Below are positions 50,658-63,869 of a DNA stretch of 64,000 nt, in pieces. Made by a program: the position numbers and the translations under genes. The stretch covers positions 40,362,001-40,426,000 of the forward strand of contig NC_043001.1 of the NCBI RefSeq assembly GCF_006345805.1, written 5' to 3'. The notes under the pieces are model-generated. The model did not search any database. It was not told where the DNA came from and saw nothing but the letters and a program-made list of their open reading frames with translations. The stretch is from Octopus sinensis. Its lineage: Eukaryota. The number at the start of each line of letters is the position of its first letter. Positions within the stretch are counted from its first letter, which is position 1.

Positions 50658-51237
50658 CTACTTAATTTCCACCTTCTAATTCTTTATATTCCCTCATATT
50701 TTTATTGATACACATTATTATACTATCATTTCTGCTTTAAGGGATAGTATGAGCTATGAGGAGTTTGTTTAGTTGTTTAACCACCATGCACATTTGAAAT
50801 ACAAAAATATGCTTTAAGTCATACTTTGTACTTGAAAATATCTCTTGTAATAATGAAAACTTTCTATAAAATAATGTTAAACTCTACATTTGTATCTTGT
50901 ATTAAGTACTAAATTTTAAATAGCTAGAAGAGGAGATATTAGGTATACTTAGCAAGGGAAAAAGATCATTAGAAAGAAGTGTGTATATGTTCTGCAGCAC
51001 AAGGAGGTATTTAGAATTGCCTGGTAGAGTGCTAGAGAGAACCAAGATATCTTCATACTGAAATGTAAATGAACTAATAACTGTGCGCTTGCTCTCACTG
51101 ATACTGAAAAGTAAGTGGTTCAAAAGTGCTACTATAGGAGGCTATTGATTGTGGAGAATGTTCTATTAAATAGTTACAAACATTTCCATCCATAATACAT
51201 GATAACCTTGAAAATCAATTTTTGTTACTTTTTTCAG

Positions 51238-51327
51238 CAAATTTTCATAATAATTTAAAAGAACTTCTAGTGAAAATCATCATAGACAATTATTCGAAAT
51301 GGAGAGAAGCATCTATAAAGAATCAAG
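51238..51327 (+). CDS. COMMD9: COMMD9 exon 4
   Basis: ttttttcag|(A)NFHNNLKELLVKIIIDNYSKWREASIKNQ+G|gtaggt; matches the COMMD9 FPENFHQNLKNLL...WR segment. Confidence 0.95.
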
Positions 51328-52258
51328 GTAGGTACATTACAAAACCATTTGAGGTTTAACTTTTGCCATGAATTATGTGCAGTCTATTCATGGATATTTA
51401 AATTTTGTTGATACTTGTGTAAATTTGGTAAAATTTGTCTCGTGTTCTTTTTTCCATTTACTGTTTTCAATCATTGGACTGAAACCATGCTGGAGCAATG
51501 TTTTTTAAGGGTTTTAATTGATTAATTGACTTCAGTATGTTGTCTAATATTTATTTTATTGAGAGATAAAATCTAAGTTCATTTTGGCATAAAGGAGTAC
51601 AATGAACTACATACCTACATAAATGGCACTAAAAACTTAAGACAAAAGATCCATTGAGATGTGGTGTGGTATTGAAGGTGCTGGCTTTGTGCCAGGTGAT
51701 GAGAGGTGAGAGTGTGACAGATGGACAGAAACAGGTTTCTTGTTATAGAGAAAATACATGATTACCCCAGTCAGAGAGAGAGCAAGAGTGAGTAAGAGAG
51801 ATGGTGGTGATGTGCCAGGGCATACTCTCAAAGAGTTCATGAGAATGCAAAAGATGGGGGAATGTAGTGACTGGTGAAACCCAAGTATATAGTGGCGGGC
51901 AGCAGGATAGCAATGATGCAGTTGGCAGGGTAGGGAGGACAGGAGTAGGGAGAGAGAAAGATAAGCAGAGATGGAAGGAAGAAAAGAGATGTAGTTTGGT
52001 TTATTGGAATAGCATGTGTGAAATTAATGTTACATGTTGGTGGAACACAGTACTTCCAAAACTCAGTTTTGCTTAGGTGAGCTGGTCTTCTCAAGAATCT
52101 CGCTATATATAGCTTGTACAGCTGTGAAAAGTCACACATCTACTCCTAACTTCCTTAGAGGCTTCCAGATAACAGAGCAAGGGACTCTGTCAAAAGTTTT
52201 CTCAAGGTTGACGAAAGCCAAGTACAATGGCTTACTTTGACCAGATATGTATATATGT

Positions 52259-52587
52259 GAAGGCACATGGCTCGGTGGTTAGAGCATTGGGCTTGCAATC
52301 ATGAGGTAATTAGTTTGATTCCCAGATCAGGTTGTGTGTTGTGTTTTTCAGAAAGACACTTTATTTCACTTTGCTCCAGTTCACTCAGCTTAGAAATGAG
52401 TTGTGATGTCACTGGTGCCAAGGCCTTTCCCTTAGATAACATTGATGGTGTGTGGGGGGGGGGGGGCTGTTATGGATGGGCGACTGCTGGTTTTCTATAA
52501 ACAACCTTGCCCGGACTTGTGCCACAAGGGGAACTTTCTAGGTGCAATCTCCTGAACATGCATGATTGAAGGGAGGTCTTTACCCTT
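52259..52587 (+). mobile_element. tRNA-derived SINE, second family
   Basis: GGCACATGGCTCGGTGGTTAGAGC (A box)...AGTTTGATTCCC (B-box-like); tail TTTACCCTTT. Confidence 0.8.
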
Positions 52588-53257
52588 TATATATATATAT
52601 ATATTGAGAGAGAGAGAAAGAAAGATCCAATAGCCTTCCACAAAGTTTTTGTCTAGAAAATTTTATTCACAGGGATTTGTTTTGGGAGAAGACACCTGCT
52701 CAAGGCTTCACATTGAGAGATTGAACATAAAACCACATGACTATTGCCCGAGCCCAATTAACTGACTTTTGTTTCATAATTTCTTTTTAGCATTTTCATA
52801 TTTCATTGTTTTATAAGGAAACAGAAATATTGTTAGATAATAATTTTGGAGAGTAATTTGTTTAAAGAATACTTTGATACTTGACCTTTACAAATTCTTT
52901 TCCAAACTGTGTAAATCTCTTCGCATGCATATGTATATATTTTATAGTTGTTGAATTAACAATTGATTTGAGTCGTTTGTGTTATCATTATTTTGTGTCC
53001 ATGTTCTATGCTGGCATAAGAAAGGAAGCATATTACTGCATATGCAATATTTATGGACATTTTTAATAACAAGGAAACAATGGTGTTGCTTAATTTTGTA
53101 AAAAAAAAGATCCTAACAATGTGTTCTGAAAAATAAATGAGAGTTCTGAAATGTTTAATTTTTATTTCAAGCAGTTTTTTTTTTACAGTATCTTTTCTTT
53201 AAAAAGATATTTCTCACTTCTAAAAATGTATAACTTTCTGCTTTAATTTCTTATCAG

Positions 53258-53361
53258 TATCGCTGCCACATCTTGTTGATTTTGACTGGAGAGTCGACTT
53301 AAAAGCTGCTTCTAATACTATCTCAAGAATGTCTGTACCTACTTGTTTAGTACAGTTTGAG
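53258..53361 (+). CDS. COMMD9: COMMD9 exon 5 (start of COMM domain)
   Basis: ttcttatcag|(V)SLPHLVDFDWRVDLKAASNTISRMSVPTCLVQFE|gtaagc; canonical COMM-domain DWRVD motif. Confidence 0.97.
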
Positions 53362-55814
53362 GTAAGCAAGAATTATCCATTAACTTACCTGTAATATTGA
53401 AAATAATTCTGCAATTTAACTTTGGGCAATCTATATCCAGTTAGAAGGGAATCCTTAGGCATAATATGTGTTTGTTTCCTTTGAAATGTACCTGCATTTT
53501 ATCATCATCATCATTTAACATCTGTTGTCCATGCTGGCATGGATTGGACGATTTGACCAGAGCTGGTAACCTGGGGAGCTGCACCAGACCCCAGTCTATT
53601 AATATATTATGCTCCAGTGGAGGGGATTTCTTTCCTAATGCTAGTAGTCTGATGTTTTTTTTAAACATTAGTTCAATTGTGAATATATCTATCTAAATTG
53701 TCTTCTAAGTTTCATAAATTTAAAGAATTAAAGGTTTTTGATCTGTCTTTAACTTCCTGTCTTCCTTCTATCATTCACTGAAAATGTTCAAGGGTGTTAC
53801 CCTTCCTCTTTTAATTAAGCCATTAATTTTTTTTTTTTATTATTTACTGTATTAGCACTAAATATATTGCAAGAAATAGAGTAGACTGGACTTCCATTGA
53901 CCCATTGGGTCACCAATAGTTCAAGGTACCCCAAAAAAACATGTATCTCAGGAATCTGTGGTCTGATTTATGCTAAAACTTCTGTTATTCTATGTGTATT
54001 CACATTTTCCCCATTATATGCCAGTTTGGCTATTTATAAAGGTACCTGGAAAAAACGCATATCAAGGTAAATATTTTGTAATGGACCCATTCATACTTTG
54101 GTGTGAAATAATTTTTTACACAGGATTATTTTTGTGGGGTGCATTCAACGTATCTGACTTCCAAACCCTCTGCAAGCCACTTTCTTCCGGGAAAGAAAGT
54201 GAGTTGGGGTGGTAGGGACCTTGGAGTTTTATTTCATGGGTTTTTTCTTTTCCCGGTTATTTTGCATGCTTTCAACAAATGTGACATCGAAATCATGCAT
54301 AAACAGCTCCTTTCTCCAGAAAACTTCTGGGCTTATTCAATTGGAACTATTCAAACAATAGTAATTAATTTACATGAGTAGAAGCTTTTTTTTTAACAAT
54401 TTTTGTCCTGAAAATCACCTGTTACTTTTGTGTTAAAGTGAAAGACGTATGAACGTGGACATGTGTGTGCATGAGAGAGAGAGAGAGAGAGTGTGCCACT
54501 TACATATACTTGAGAACACATGCTCACTCACTTACACTCTCTTACACACACACATGCATACATACATACAAAAAAGATGTATGCATAGGTATTGATGTAT
54601 ATACATATACCTGACAACACAGCCCTTCACTCTCTCTCTCTCTTTCATTTTAAAATATAAGTAAATAAGTAAAAAAAATTACGGAGATTAACAAACTCTG
54701 GATGATGAAATCACATTCAGTTAAAAATATTTCTAAATGATTGAAATATTGTGTACGTCAAAAGGCCAACAGGTTTTTTGTCAAGAAATAACAAAAATTG
54801 TGTTTAATAGTCTAAATAGAGATCCAAATGTCACAAAAATTTGTACTGCACTGCCAAAGGTAAGTATGAAAATAAATATGTAAAAAATATTAAGATAAAC
54901 TGTACTATTTCTGAGATATTTCAGCTTCACACAAACATCTCTAGTATTTTAGTGTTATCAAGATAAATCCAGCTAGTGATGTGAAATAGAGCAATAGATT
55001 AAGTCTACCATCCAAGAATGATTTCTATATCCCATTTCCACCAACTAAATTTCACTCACAAGGTTTTGGTTGCTTTGAGGCTATGGTAGAAGCTTACCCA
55101 TGGTGTAAGTGAATAGGATTTGGGCCTCACAGTTGCAGTGACAAGTGACTGAGACCTTTGATAATATACCGTGCTTGAGAAGACTGGTCAAGGCCAACGC
55201 TGGTGTTGCATAACTGGCACCCATGCTGTATAAGACACCCACTACACTCTTGGAGCAGTTGACATTAGGAAGGGCATCCAGCTGTAGAAACTATGCCAAA
55301 TCAGATTGGAACCTGGTGCAACTCCCCAGCTTACTAGTTTTCAGTCAAACTGTCCAACCCATGCCTGCATGGAAAACATACATTAAATGATGAAAAAGAA
55401 ATGGTTGTGAAAAGAACTTTTTAAAGCAATGCCTGCTTCCAAAGAGACTGAGACTTTGTTTCATTCTTAGGTGGTATGGTCTTTGGGTACTATTTGTAGA
55501 TGTACAGGCTGGGCATTGGCTTGTTTAAACAAGCCGTATCTGGCCAAAGTATTCTATATGTTTTATATTCAAACCAGCCAAATCTGTTCTCTCACTCCAA
55601 CCCTACAATGACATTCTAAAAATTAACAGTTACATCATCAAATTCTCAAAGCTAAATCATAAGGCATGATTAATTCAAAACAATATCAATAAATAAGCAT
55701 TAAATTTTGCAGAGTAATCTGAATGTTAAAGGGTTAAAAAAAAAACCTTTGCTGGGAAAATTTTGAAGATCTAAACATGTGAGATTGTCAATTGATTTTT
55801 AAACAGTAGAAGCT

Positions 55815-56606
55815 GAGCAAAGCTGAAGTCTACCTCTGTAGACAACAAAGGGCTTCTCTCTCAGAGTGAAAAGCAGATTGTATGATGCCTGTGTGGAAAC
55901 AGCTATGCTACACAGCAGTGAAACATGGGCTGTGACAGCCAAAGACATGCAAAGGCTTGAAAGAAATGAAGCCAGTATGCTTTGCTGGATGTGTTATGTC
56001 AATTTGCATGTATGACAGAGTGTAAACATCTTGAGAGAAAAGTTGGGCACAGGAGGCATCAGATGTGGTATGCAAGATAGATGACTGTACTGGTATGGTC
56101 ATATGATGCATATGGATGAGGACAGCTGTGTTAAAAAGTGCTGATCTCTAACTGTGGAGGGAACTTTTGGTGTAGAGGTAGACCCAGGAAAACATGGAAC
56201 AAGGTGGTGAAGCATGATCTTCGAACTTTGGACCTCACAGAGGCAATGACTAGTGACTGAGACCTTTGGCGATATGCTGTCGAGCCAAGTGAAATCATGG
56301 TCGAGGCTAATGCTGGTGTCGGTGACACATAAAAAGCACCTTTCTAATGTTGGTCCTCATGATGGCAATGACAAATGACCAAGACCTTTGGCATTGTCAT
56401 ATTTGAGAAGACCCATCAAGCCAAATAAGTTGTGGCATGTAAAAGCATCCAGCACACACTGTAAAGTGGTTGGCAGTAGGAAGGGCATCCAGCCATAGGA
56501 ACCATGCCAAATAAGACTGAAGTCTGCTACAGCTTCCAGCTTGCCAGCCCCAGTCAAACTGTCTAATCCATGCCAATGGACAACAGATGTTAAATGATGA
56601 TAATGA
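55815..56606 (+). mobile_element. 5'-truncated RTE LINE, same family as 17294-18415
   Basis: LHSSETWAV and GRPRKTWNKVVKHDLRTLDLTEAMTSD motifs, then shared 3' UTR ending (GAT)n. Confidence 0.88.
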
Positions 56607-56928
56607 TTCTCCATAGAATAAATGGTTTATTTAAAGCTGGCATAGCATGAGGAAGTTTAATCATGTATGCAATACAATAGAACTGTCAACCTATGTCTTC
56701 TGAAAGCTGAATTATAAATTCTAGTTTATTCATCAGCCAAATAAATCATTCAGTATACTAAATAGCCCTGAATATAATGAGCACAGCAGTTACATATAAT
56801 TTTCATCCAGAAATTAAGAAAAGGATTAATAAAACTGTCCCATCAACGTAACTAAAATGTTTTCTTATATCTTTTGATTCAAGGGGTTTATTTATTCACT
56901 AAATTTCTTGATTTTTGTTTTAATTCAG

Positions 56929-57072
56929 ATGCAGGATGCTGGGAATAGATCAGGAACAGCTGCACCTGTGAGATATGCTAATGTTGAATTGTCTAAAGAA
57001 ACTTTAAATACCATGTTAGATGGCCTTTCAAAGATTCGAGATCAACTCTCATCAGTTGCAAAACAGGGTTAA
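56929..57072 (+). CDS. COMMD9: COMMD9 exon 6 (terminal)
   Basis: ttttaattcag|MQDAGNRSGTAAPVRYANVELSKETLNTMLDGLSKIRDQLSSVAKQG*; VELSKETLxTMLDGLxxIRDQLS is characteristic of COMMD9. Six exons sum to 600 nt (199 aa). Confidence 0.97.
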   Translation: MQDAGNRSGTAAPVRYANVELSKETLNTMLDGLSKIRDQLSSVAKQG

Positions 57073-57655
57073 TCATGTGTTAATTTTTTAAAAGTCAACA
57101 TTTACCTTTGAAATTTTTAGAAGTATTGTTGCTATTTAAAATTACAGGGTAAGAGAATGAATGCCTCATATAATTTATTATGTAATTTATCAAGTTAAAA
57201 TTCTGATATTTTTTGTTTGTTTCTTTCTTAAATACCAGTTCCTTATCTTTGGTACATGATTTTGTAATTTCACAGTAAAATACATATAAGATGTATAGTG
57301 ATAACATGCCTGATCTTTATCTAATTACTGGCCCATGTCCACTTTAAATAAATTATGTCCAATTGCTAATGCTATGTAAAAACAAAATATATCAAATCGT
57401 GAATGATAGGTAAAGATTGAAGTTAAGTATATTGCTTTTGATTGCTAAACTACTCACTAAGTATTAGTTATATACAGTTTTTATGTAAAGTACATGGATG
57501 AATTCTCAAGCTGATCTATACTCTATAGCTTCCTCTATTAAATCAATGTTATCATATACTAGGATATAAAGCAAAATGAAAAATTATGTAAAATGTTTCT
57601 GTACAATTCATTGCCATCATTACAAATTTGAATAACTGAAAACTATTGAGTGAAT

Positions 57656-57661
57656 AATAAA
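57656..57661 (+). terminator. Candidate COMMD9 polyadenylation signal (alternative at 57347-57352)
   Basis: AATAAA followed by a T-rich downstream tract, ~580 nt after the stop codon. Confidence 0.4.
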
Positions 57662-59253
57662 ACAAATATATTCTATTTTTTCATAAATCTTTGAATCATA
57701 TTTTTCTTTTCCAGGTTTAGTACTTTGTATAAAATTTTAGCCCCAAAAAATGTTGGCAGGATGATGGTGTGTCAAGGACTCAGAATTTAGTGTCCTGTCT
57801 TACCAATTAGGCCTTGCAGAAATGGTTCAGTTATCCAACATATCTACTACATAGAGTTCATGTTTTACTGACTATAAGAAATGTTTTTAACACAAGAATA
57901 TCATACACTTTTAGTTTCATGTAAAGTCTCTCCCCCCTCAGTACTATGCTTTATTATATATTTTACTAAATTGTCAAAGAAATTTGGTTATTAACCTCAT
58001 TCTTACAACAAAGTACTGACGAGACAGTTGAAGTACTTTATTGATTCTGACCTTTAATGTTGATGCAGGGATCTTCATACCACATTTCAAGTTCAGATTA
58101 AAATATGGCCTTATTTTGACATTTATTTTAAGTGTGATATTACACTTATAGCTGTTTCTGATTAACTTCCTTCAGTAAAAGAACTTGGAGCCTCATAAAA
58201 AATACCAGCAACCTTTGGTGACATTTAGCTTCAGAGAGTACTTACCTTGTTAATTGACACACTGACTTAAAGTGGAATGGATAAATTGAAGTTGTTCGAT
58301 GAATTACACATGAAAGTGCTGTTACACTCAAATATGGAAAGAAAAATGTTTCATAGGCAATAAAATCAATTGAATCAATTCCAGTTTACTACAGTTAAAC
58401 AAATTTTATCAACCTCAAGAAATGAGGTAAATATTAATTTGTTTACACAAGCTAGTGAGATGAAACATAATACTGTAAGGCAGTAAGTGCTCTGTTGTCT
58501 CAACTATTCCCACCGTTCTTTACAAAAATACAATTTAAACTTGTGCTATTGTTGTGCAAAGCATAAACAAAATGTAATGGTTCCAACAACAAACTGATGC
58601 CAAGTTTTATTTTGCTGCTACATAACTTTTTCTTCACCCTTCCGATGTTCAATTCTTAATATCTAATTTTAAGTTTTCAATAAGCTAATTAATATTGCAG
58701 GGAAAATCAAGTGGACCAATATTGGGAAGATGGGGTGCCAAGAAAAGAGCTGAGATGTAGGTTGGTGAAAAAAAATGACCATATTGTAGTAGTATAAGAC
58801 TCTCATGTCTCTGTACAAGAAGTAAGATGATCCCCTGCATGATTTGTTTAGGGCAATTAAGTTGTTGGATTACAGAATAAAGATATTGCAAAAGTTGTTA
58901 AAGAAGAGGATACATAATAAAATGCAGTTTGGGTTAGGAAACATTCAAGGAAACTAGCTAGGTCTGATTCAAACAACATCAGAAGATGTGGCACTTACTG
59001 AGCAGAAACAGTCATCATACCAAATTCATGAAGTGGAATGATTGATGCAATTTTTATTATAAAGCAGAGAAATTCATGGACAACGGAAGTTGTTTGTTGA
59101 CCTGGAGACTGCTTTTAGTAGAATTGCATTTGAAGTGGTGATGTGGGCACAGAGTTAGGAGTGGCAGAATGCTTAGTTAGGATAATGATGACAATCTATG
59201 AGAGTTTGCACACAATGATGAAGATCAAGTTTTGAGTGCATGAGGGATCAGTA

Positions 59254-60356
59254 TAGGGGTGGACTGTAAAGTTCATTGGCTGACTATGAAGGAGTGATGT
59301 TAGAGCTGTGAAATCTTGCATGCATTAATTTCAACCCTTTTGAAGCTTTCTTTGAACAGTCAGCTGCAGTTATTAATAACTGCAGCTGACTGTTCAAAGA
59401 AAGCTTCAAAAGTAACTAGCAGCGAATTCTCTGGAAAATCAACAAAATCTGGCATCATGGTGTTGTTAAGTACCTGCAGAAAATGGGTTTAGCCCCTTCA
59501 GGACATTCATACACTCCAGCTTAATCAACAGTGAAAAAGTGGGTAGCTGAATTTAAGAGGGGAAGGGAGAGTCTAGATGTCCTGCAACTGCCACCACTGA
59601 GGAAAATATTGATCATGTTCATCACATAGTGATGGATGACAGGTGATTGACTATAAATCAAATGGCCAATGCTATTACCATACCCTGTGAGAGAGTTAAG
59701 AATATTCTGCTCAATGAATTTGGTATGATGACTGTTTCTGCTCAGTAAGTGCCACATCTGATGTTGTTTGAATCAGACCTAGCTAGTTTCCTTGAATGTT
59801 TCCTAACCCAGGATAAGTGTTGGGGTCATCACTTTGAGCCATAGACAAAGAGACAATCCTTGCAGTGGAAACACCCCTCCTCACCTGCTCCAAAGAAGGC
59901 CACAGTCGTTTCATCTGCAGGAAAAGTTATGGCCTCAGTGTTTTGGGATGCAAAGGCATTGTTTATTGGCTATGTTGAAAAGGCCACACCATCAGTGAAG
60001 TACTATGCCAACTTGTTGAGGCAGTCAGGAAGGCTATCAAAACCAAATGCCCAGGAAAACTGACAAATAGAGTCTTGTTTCAAGTATATACTCCAGCACA
60101 CAAGTCCTTGGTTTCAATGGCTGCTGTGCATAATTGTGCCTTGAACAGGAAAAATCACTTCGTTGGGAACCAGTATTGCTGTGATGATGACATCATATTT
60201 GCTGTTGACTTTTTTTGACCAACAGGATGACAGTTGTGATCTAAGTACTGCAACACTAGTGTGGACTGCAAGGGAGACTGTTGAAAAATAAACCTCATTT
60301 GGTCACGTTCCATGAGAGAATTTTGGTCAGTTTATGAACTTTTCAGCCAGCTCTCA
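59254..60356 (+). mobile_element. Decayed mariner (irritans/Himar1-like)
   Basis: QWKHPSSPAPKKATVVSSAGKVMASVFWDAK and TVKKWVAEFKRGRES motifs; degenerate TIRs (...CTGTAAAGTTCAT / ATGAACTTTTCAG...); TA duplication at 59252-59253 and 60357-60358. Confidence 0.9.
59337..59412. repeat. Perfect 76-bp palindrome with no spacer
   Basis: CTTTTGAAGCTTTCTTTGAACAGTCAGCTGCAGTTATT|AATAACTGCAGCTGACTGTTCAAAGAAAGCTTCAAAAG. Confidence 0.97.
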
Positions 60357-61404
60357 TATTAAGTCTAGTATTATTTATACTTGTGAAGGAGGTACTGGCT
60401 CAAAGCTTAGAGTTGCTATACATAAATGATATTGTGTTAATAACAGAGAATATACATAGATTAAACAAGCAGCTGAAAAGCTAGGAAAAATATGTAAAAG
60501 CAAAATCTATGATGATGAATATCAGAAAGATGAAGGTCCATGAAAAGTTGTAAAATATGCAGTAGGGTGAAAAGATCAAAACAGTGGCTGTGCGCAGAAC
60601 AAAAAGTGTGTTAGAATGAAATTTTACTAGATGTACAAAATGCACTGAGTGGGTTCATCTAAAATGTACTTAAGAAGGTTATTAACTAACATGATAGCTA
60701 CACTTAAGTGTAGCTTGTGGATGGAAGAATGTTGAGATAGATGTTGGAAGTGGCATGAAAAGGGGAAGTGTGAAAACATTTTCTTACGTAGGAGATATTG
60801 AATGGAGAAGGTGATTTGAGTGAGAAGCACATTGAAGAACTTCCGGGAAGTGAATGGTATGTTAAGGAGGAGGGTAATATCACTGAAACTAAAGGTAAAT
60901 ATGTATACTGTAAGTATGAAAATGCTATGGTTTTTGGTAGAGACACAGGTGATGTGTACAGAAGAACAGAAAAGACTTGAAATGAGAATAGTTCAGTGAT
61001 TGAGAAGTGTATTATTGACAAAGAAGACAAACAATGAATTGTAGTGAATGGTGGAAATAGAGTCTTTGATGGATGGGATGAAGTGACTGGATCATATGCT
61101 GAGGAAGGATGGAAATGAGTCTGGAAGAAAGTAGAAAAAGGGGAAGACAGAAGGACATGGCTAAAGATGATAGTGGAGGAAATCAAGGCAAGGGGTTAGT
61201 GAATTGGAATGGCAAAATGGAGGAAATTGTCATAGGACCTATAAACCTAACTACTGCTTTAGCCAGGGAAAATAGTCTTAAAATACTTGTGTTACTTAAC
61301 ATTAGTTTGGAAAACAACAATTCTTTTGTCATTCGTTTATCTCTTATTTAAGGGCGTTTTTTTTTATTTATACAATCTTATGAGTAAATGAAAATTAGCG
61401 TTCA

Positions 61405-61576
61405 GATGTAAAAAGCACCCACTACACTCCCAGAGTGGTTGGCATTAGGAAGGGCATCCATCCAGCTGTAGAAACATAGCCAGATCAGATTGGAGCCTGG
61501 TGCAGCCGCTGGCTTTCCAAACCGTCCAACCCGTGCCAGCATGGAAAATGGACATTAAAGATGATGATGATGATGA
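61405..61576 (+). mobile_element. RTE-LINE 3'-tail repeat (short copy)
   Basis: AAAGCACCCACTACACTC...TTAGGAAGGGCATCC...CCAGCATGGAAAATGGAC...(GAT)n. Confidence 0.8.
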
Positions 61577-62629
61577 AACTAATAGAATTTTAAGGATCAA
61601 AATGTGTTATTGTATTATTGATGTACATCTCATATAATGTAAGTTGAGCCAGCCAGAGTGTTTTAATATGGATACTCAAACTATTTAATGCACCATCAAT
61701 ATCTCCTCAACAAAACACTTTGTCTTTAAAATGGTGATCACAGTACAAGTCCTAAAACTTAAAAATACCATGTTAATAATAAAATCTCAATAGCCATAGC
61801 TGATCATACATTGAACTTTTGACTCTTATCTATTTCAACAGCACAAAAATATTCATTTCTCAAATCCAAGAAACAGTCTTGTACTTCTCACCTCCCTGGT
61901 TTTGGACAACACACAAAATGCTCAAAACATCACTATAAATGATAGGCCTTACAATCCTTAGCAAGAATTGTATCTCTCTTTGGACCCAGAAAATACTTGA
62001 GCTCTGACCAGCTGTTTGACCAAAGCTCAATTAAGATCTAAAATGGAATACTGTTCTCACCACCTGAATATCTTAAACCTCATAAACCTGAATAGCAAAA
62101 TTTCACTCTCCATCACACAATCTCTCGGCCATAGACAAGCTGACCTTGGCTGCCTGTTCCACAGCAATTTCAACAACCTTTACTCCTCTAAACTAGCTAG
62201 TTACATACTACATCTCTCAGACCCACTAATCTTGTCACCTGTACCCCTCCATCTCATTAACCCCTATTCCCAATCTTCCTCCCAAAACGTTAACATTACA
62301 AAATTCTCTTATTACTCACGGTTTTCCTGCAGACGTCAGCTTATAGATATTCGATTTGAATATCAACTATATTAGTCTTACCAGTCTTAGTAAGGCTGTG
62401 AAGAGTAAATCATAAAGGAAAAAATTGTGTTCTAAGGGGTTGGTTGGCTGATCTTAAGTTTGCTGGACTGGGGTCCCAGGCTGTTCCGTGTCTATATGAT
62501 ACCTTAATGATGTAAAGATATTTTCAATAAATACTGCTTTAAATGTTTGTTTTGTTTATTTTTATGGGAATATTTAAGATCTGAGATATTTATCGAAATT
62601 ATGTCCCCTGTAATTTATAATGCTTGTAT

Positions 62630-63070
62630 TCTTTGCTTGAAATTTTAGCACAAGGTTAGCAACTTTGAGGTTGAATGTAAGTCAATTACACCACACACTG
62701 GTACTTATTTTATCAAAGGATGATAGGCAAAGTCGACCCCAGTTGCATTTGAATTCAGAACGTAAAGATAGACAAAATGCCGCTAAGCATTTTATGTCTG
62801 GTGTAGTAACGATTCTGCCAGTTCATTGCCTTGCACATTATTTTTAATATTAATCAGCAAGCTAACAGAATCATTAGCATGCTGAGCAAAATGTTTAGCA
62901 GTATTTAGTCCGTCTTTATGTTCTAAGTTCAAATTCCATTGAGGTCGGCTTAGCCTTTCATCCTTTTGGAACCAATAAAATAACTACCAATTGAACCCTG
63001 GGGTTGATATAATTGATTTATCCCACCCACCCCAAAATTGCTGGCTTTGTGCCTAAATTTAAAACCAATA
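62630..63070. mobile_element. Divergent pair of Nin-domain-type SINEs (62630-62835 minus, 62855-63070 plus)
   Basis: Plus copy: GAGGTCGGCTTAGCCTTTCATCCTTTTGG...ATAAAATAACTACC; the minus copy is a diverged reverse complement. Confidence 0.75.
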
Positions 63071-63263
63071 TTAATCGGTATATTGATGCAATCATTTAAA
63101 ATAAAAAAGACCCTATCCCAAAAATATGCAACACAAGAAACACTTAAAAAGGGAAGAAGTTGGGTTGACCTGTGTTCCTGCTAAGTTTTTGGTGCAAATT
63201 TGCTCAGTAATTTACTTATGAGCAAATTTTGTCATTTTTAGCAAAGTATATGCACGTTTGTGT

Positions 63264-63530
63264 ATGTGGTCTGATCAGTAAGTATCCGGACTGTTGCTAA
63301 GGTATGCAGAGTGAAGCCACTTGGGACAGACTGACCTTGAACTTTGCTGTGTATGTGCACTAAGTTTTAACATTTTAGTTCACTTCCAGTTTCCAGCAGT
63401 GCTAGGATGGAACGTGTAGCGTGTGCTCATTGCATTGGCCATGACAGAGAAAGTTGAGCCGAGAATCTGCATCAAATTTTGCCAAAAGCTTGGCAATACT
63501 TGCTCAGAGGCTTATGCAAAACTTTCAAAA
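63264..63530 (+). mobile_element. 5' fragment of a mariner element
   Basis: TIR-like TATGTGGTCTGATCAGTAAGTATCCGGACT, then MTEKVEPRICIKFCQKLGNTCSEAYAKL (mariner HTH N-terminus). Confidence 0.75.
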
Positions 63531-63869
63531 ACTTTTCGTCATTCTCAACACAATCAAGGAGATCTTGTTTTACAGTGAATACTGAAATTTAGTATAGCAA
63601 TAAACTGTACCCCATGCATATCTAGTTGGTCTTTCATTATCAGTAGTTTTGTTTCCTTGTATAGGTGGCCTGTGTAAAATATGTGACGACAAGAAGTGCA
63701 TTGTTTTATGTCCTTTGTAGTTTGTCATGGAGACTAGTGCGGTTCAAACAGGGTTAGCATATTCATGATAGATCTGATGTATTGTTTGTACGTCACTTTT
63801 ACTCTATGTGCATTGTAGAAGTATTGTATACAACTCTTAATATTTTTGTCATTAATGTGTGTGTATATC

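Larger units (their letters stand above)
58700..61200 (+). mobile_element. Old RTE LINE interrupted by a mariner insertion
   Basis: LFVDLETAFSRI before the insertion; removing 59254-60358 rejoins VHEGSV-LSLVLFILV (GVHQGSVLSPLLF motif) in frame. Confidence 0.7.

Noticed and set aside
62016-62375. 119-aa ORF beginning MTKAQLRSKMEYCSHH
   Set aside because: Resembles a decayed LINE RT C-terminal fragment (KAQIRSxMEYCSH type), not a host gene.
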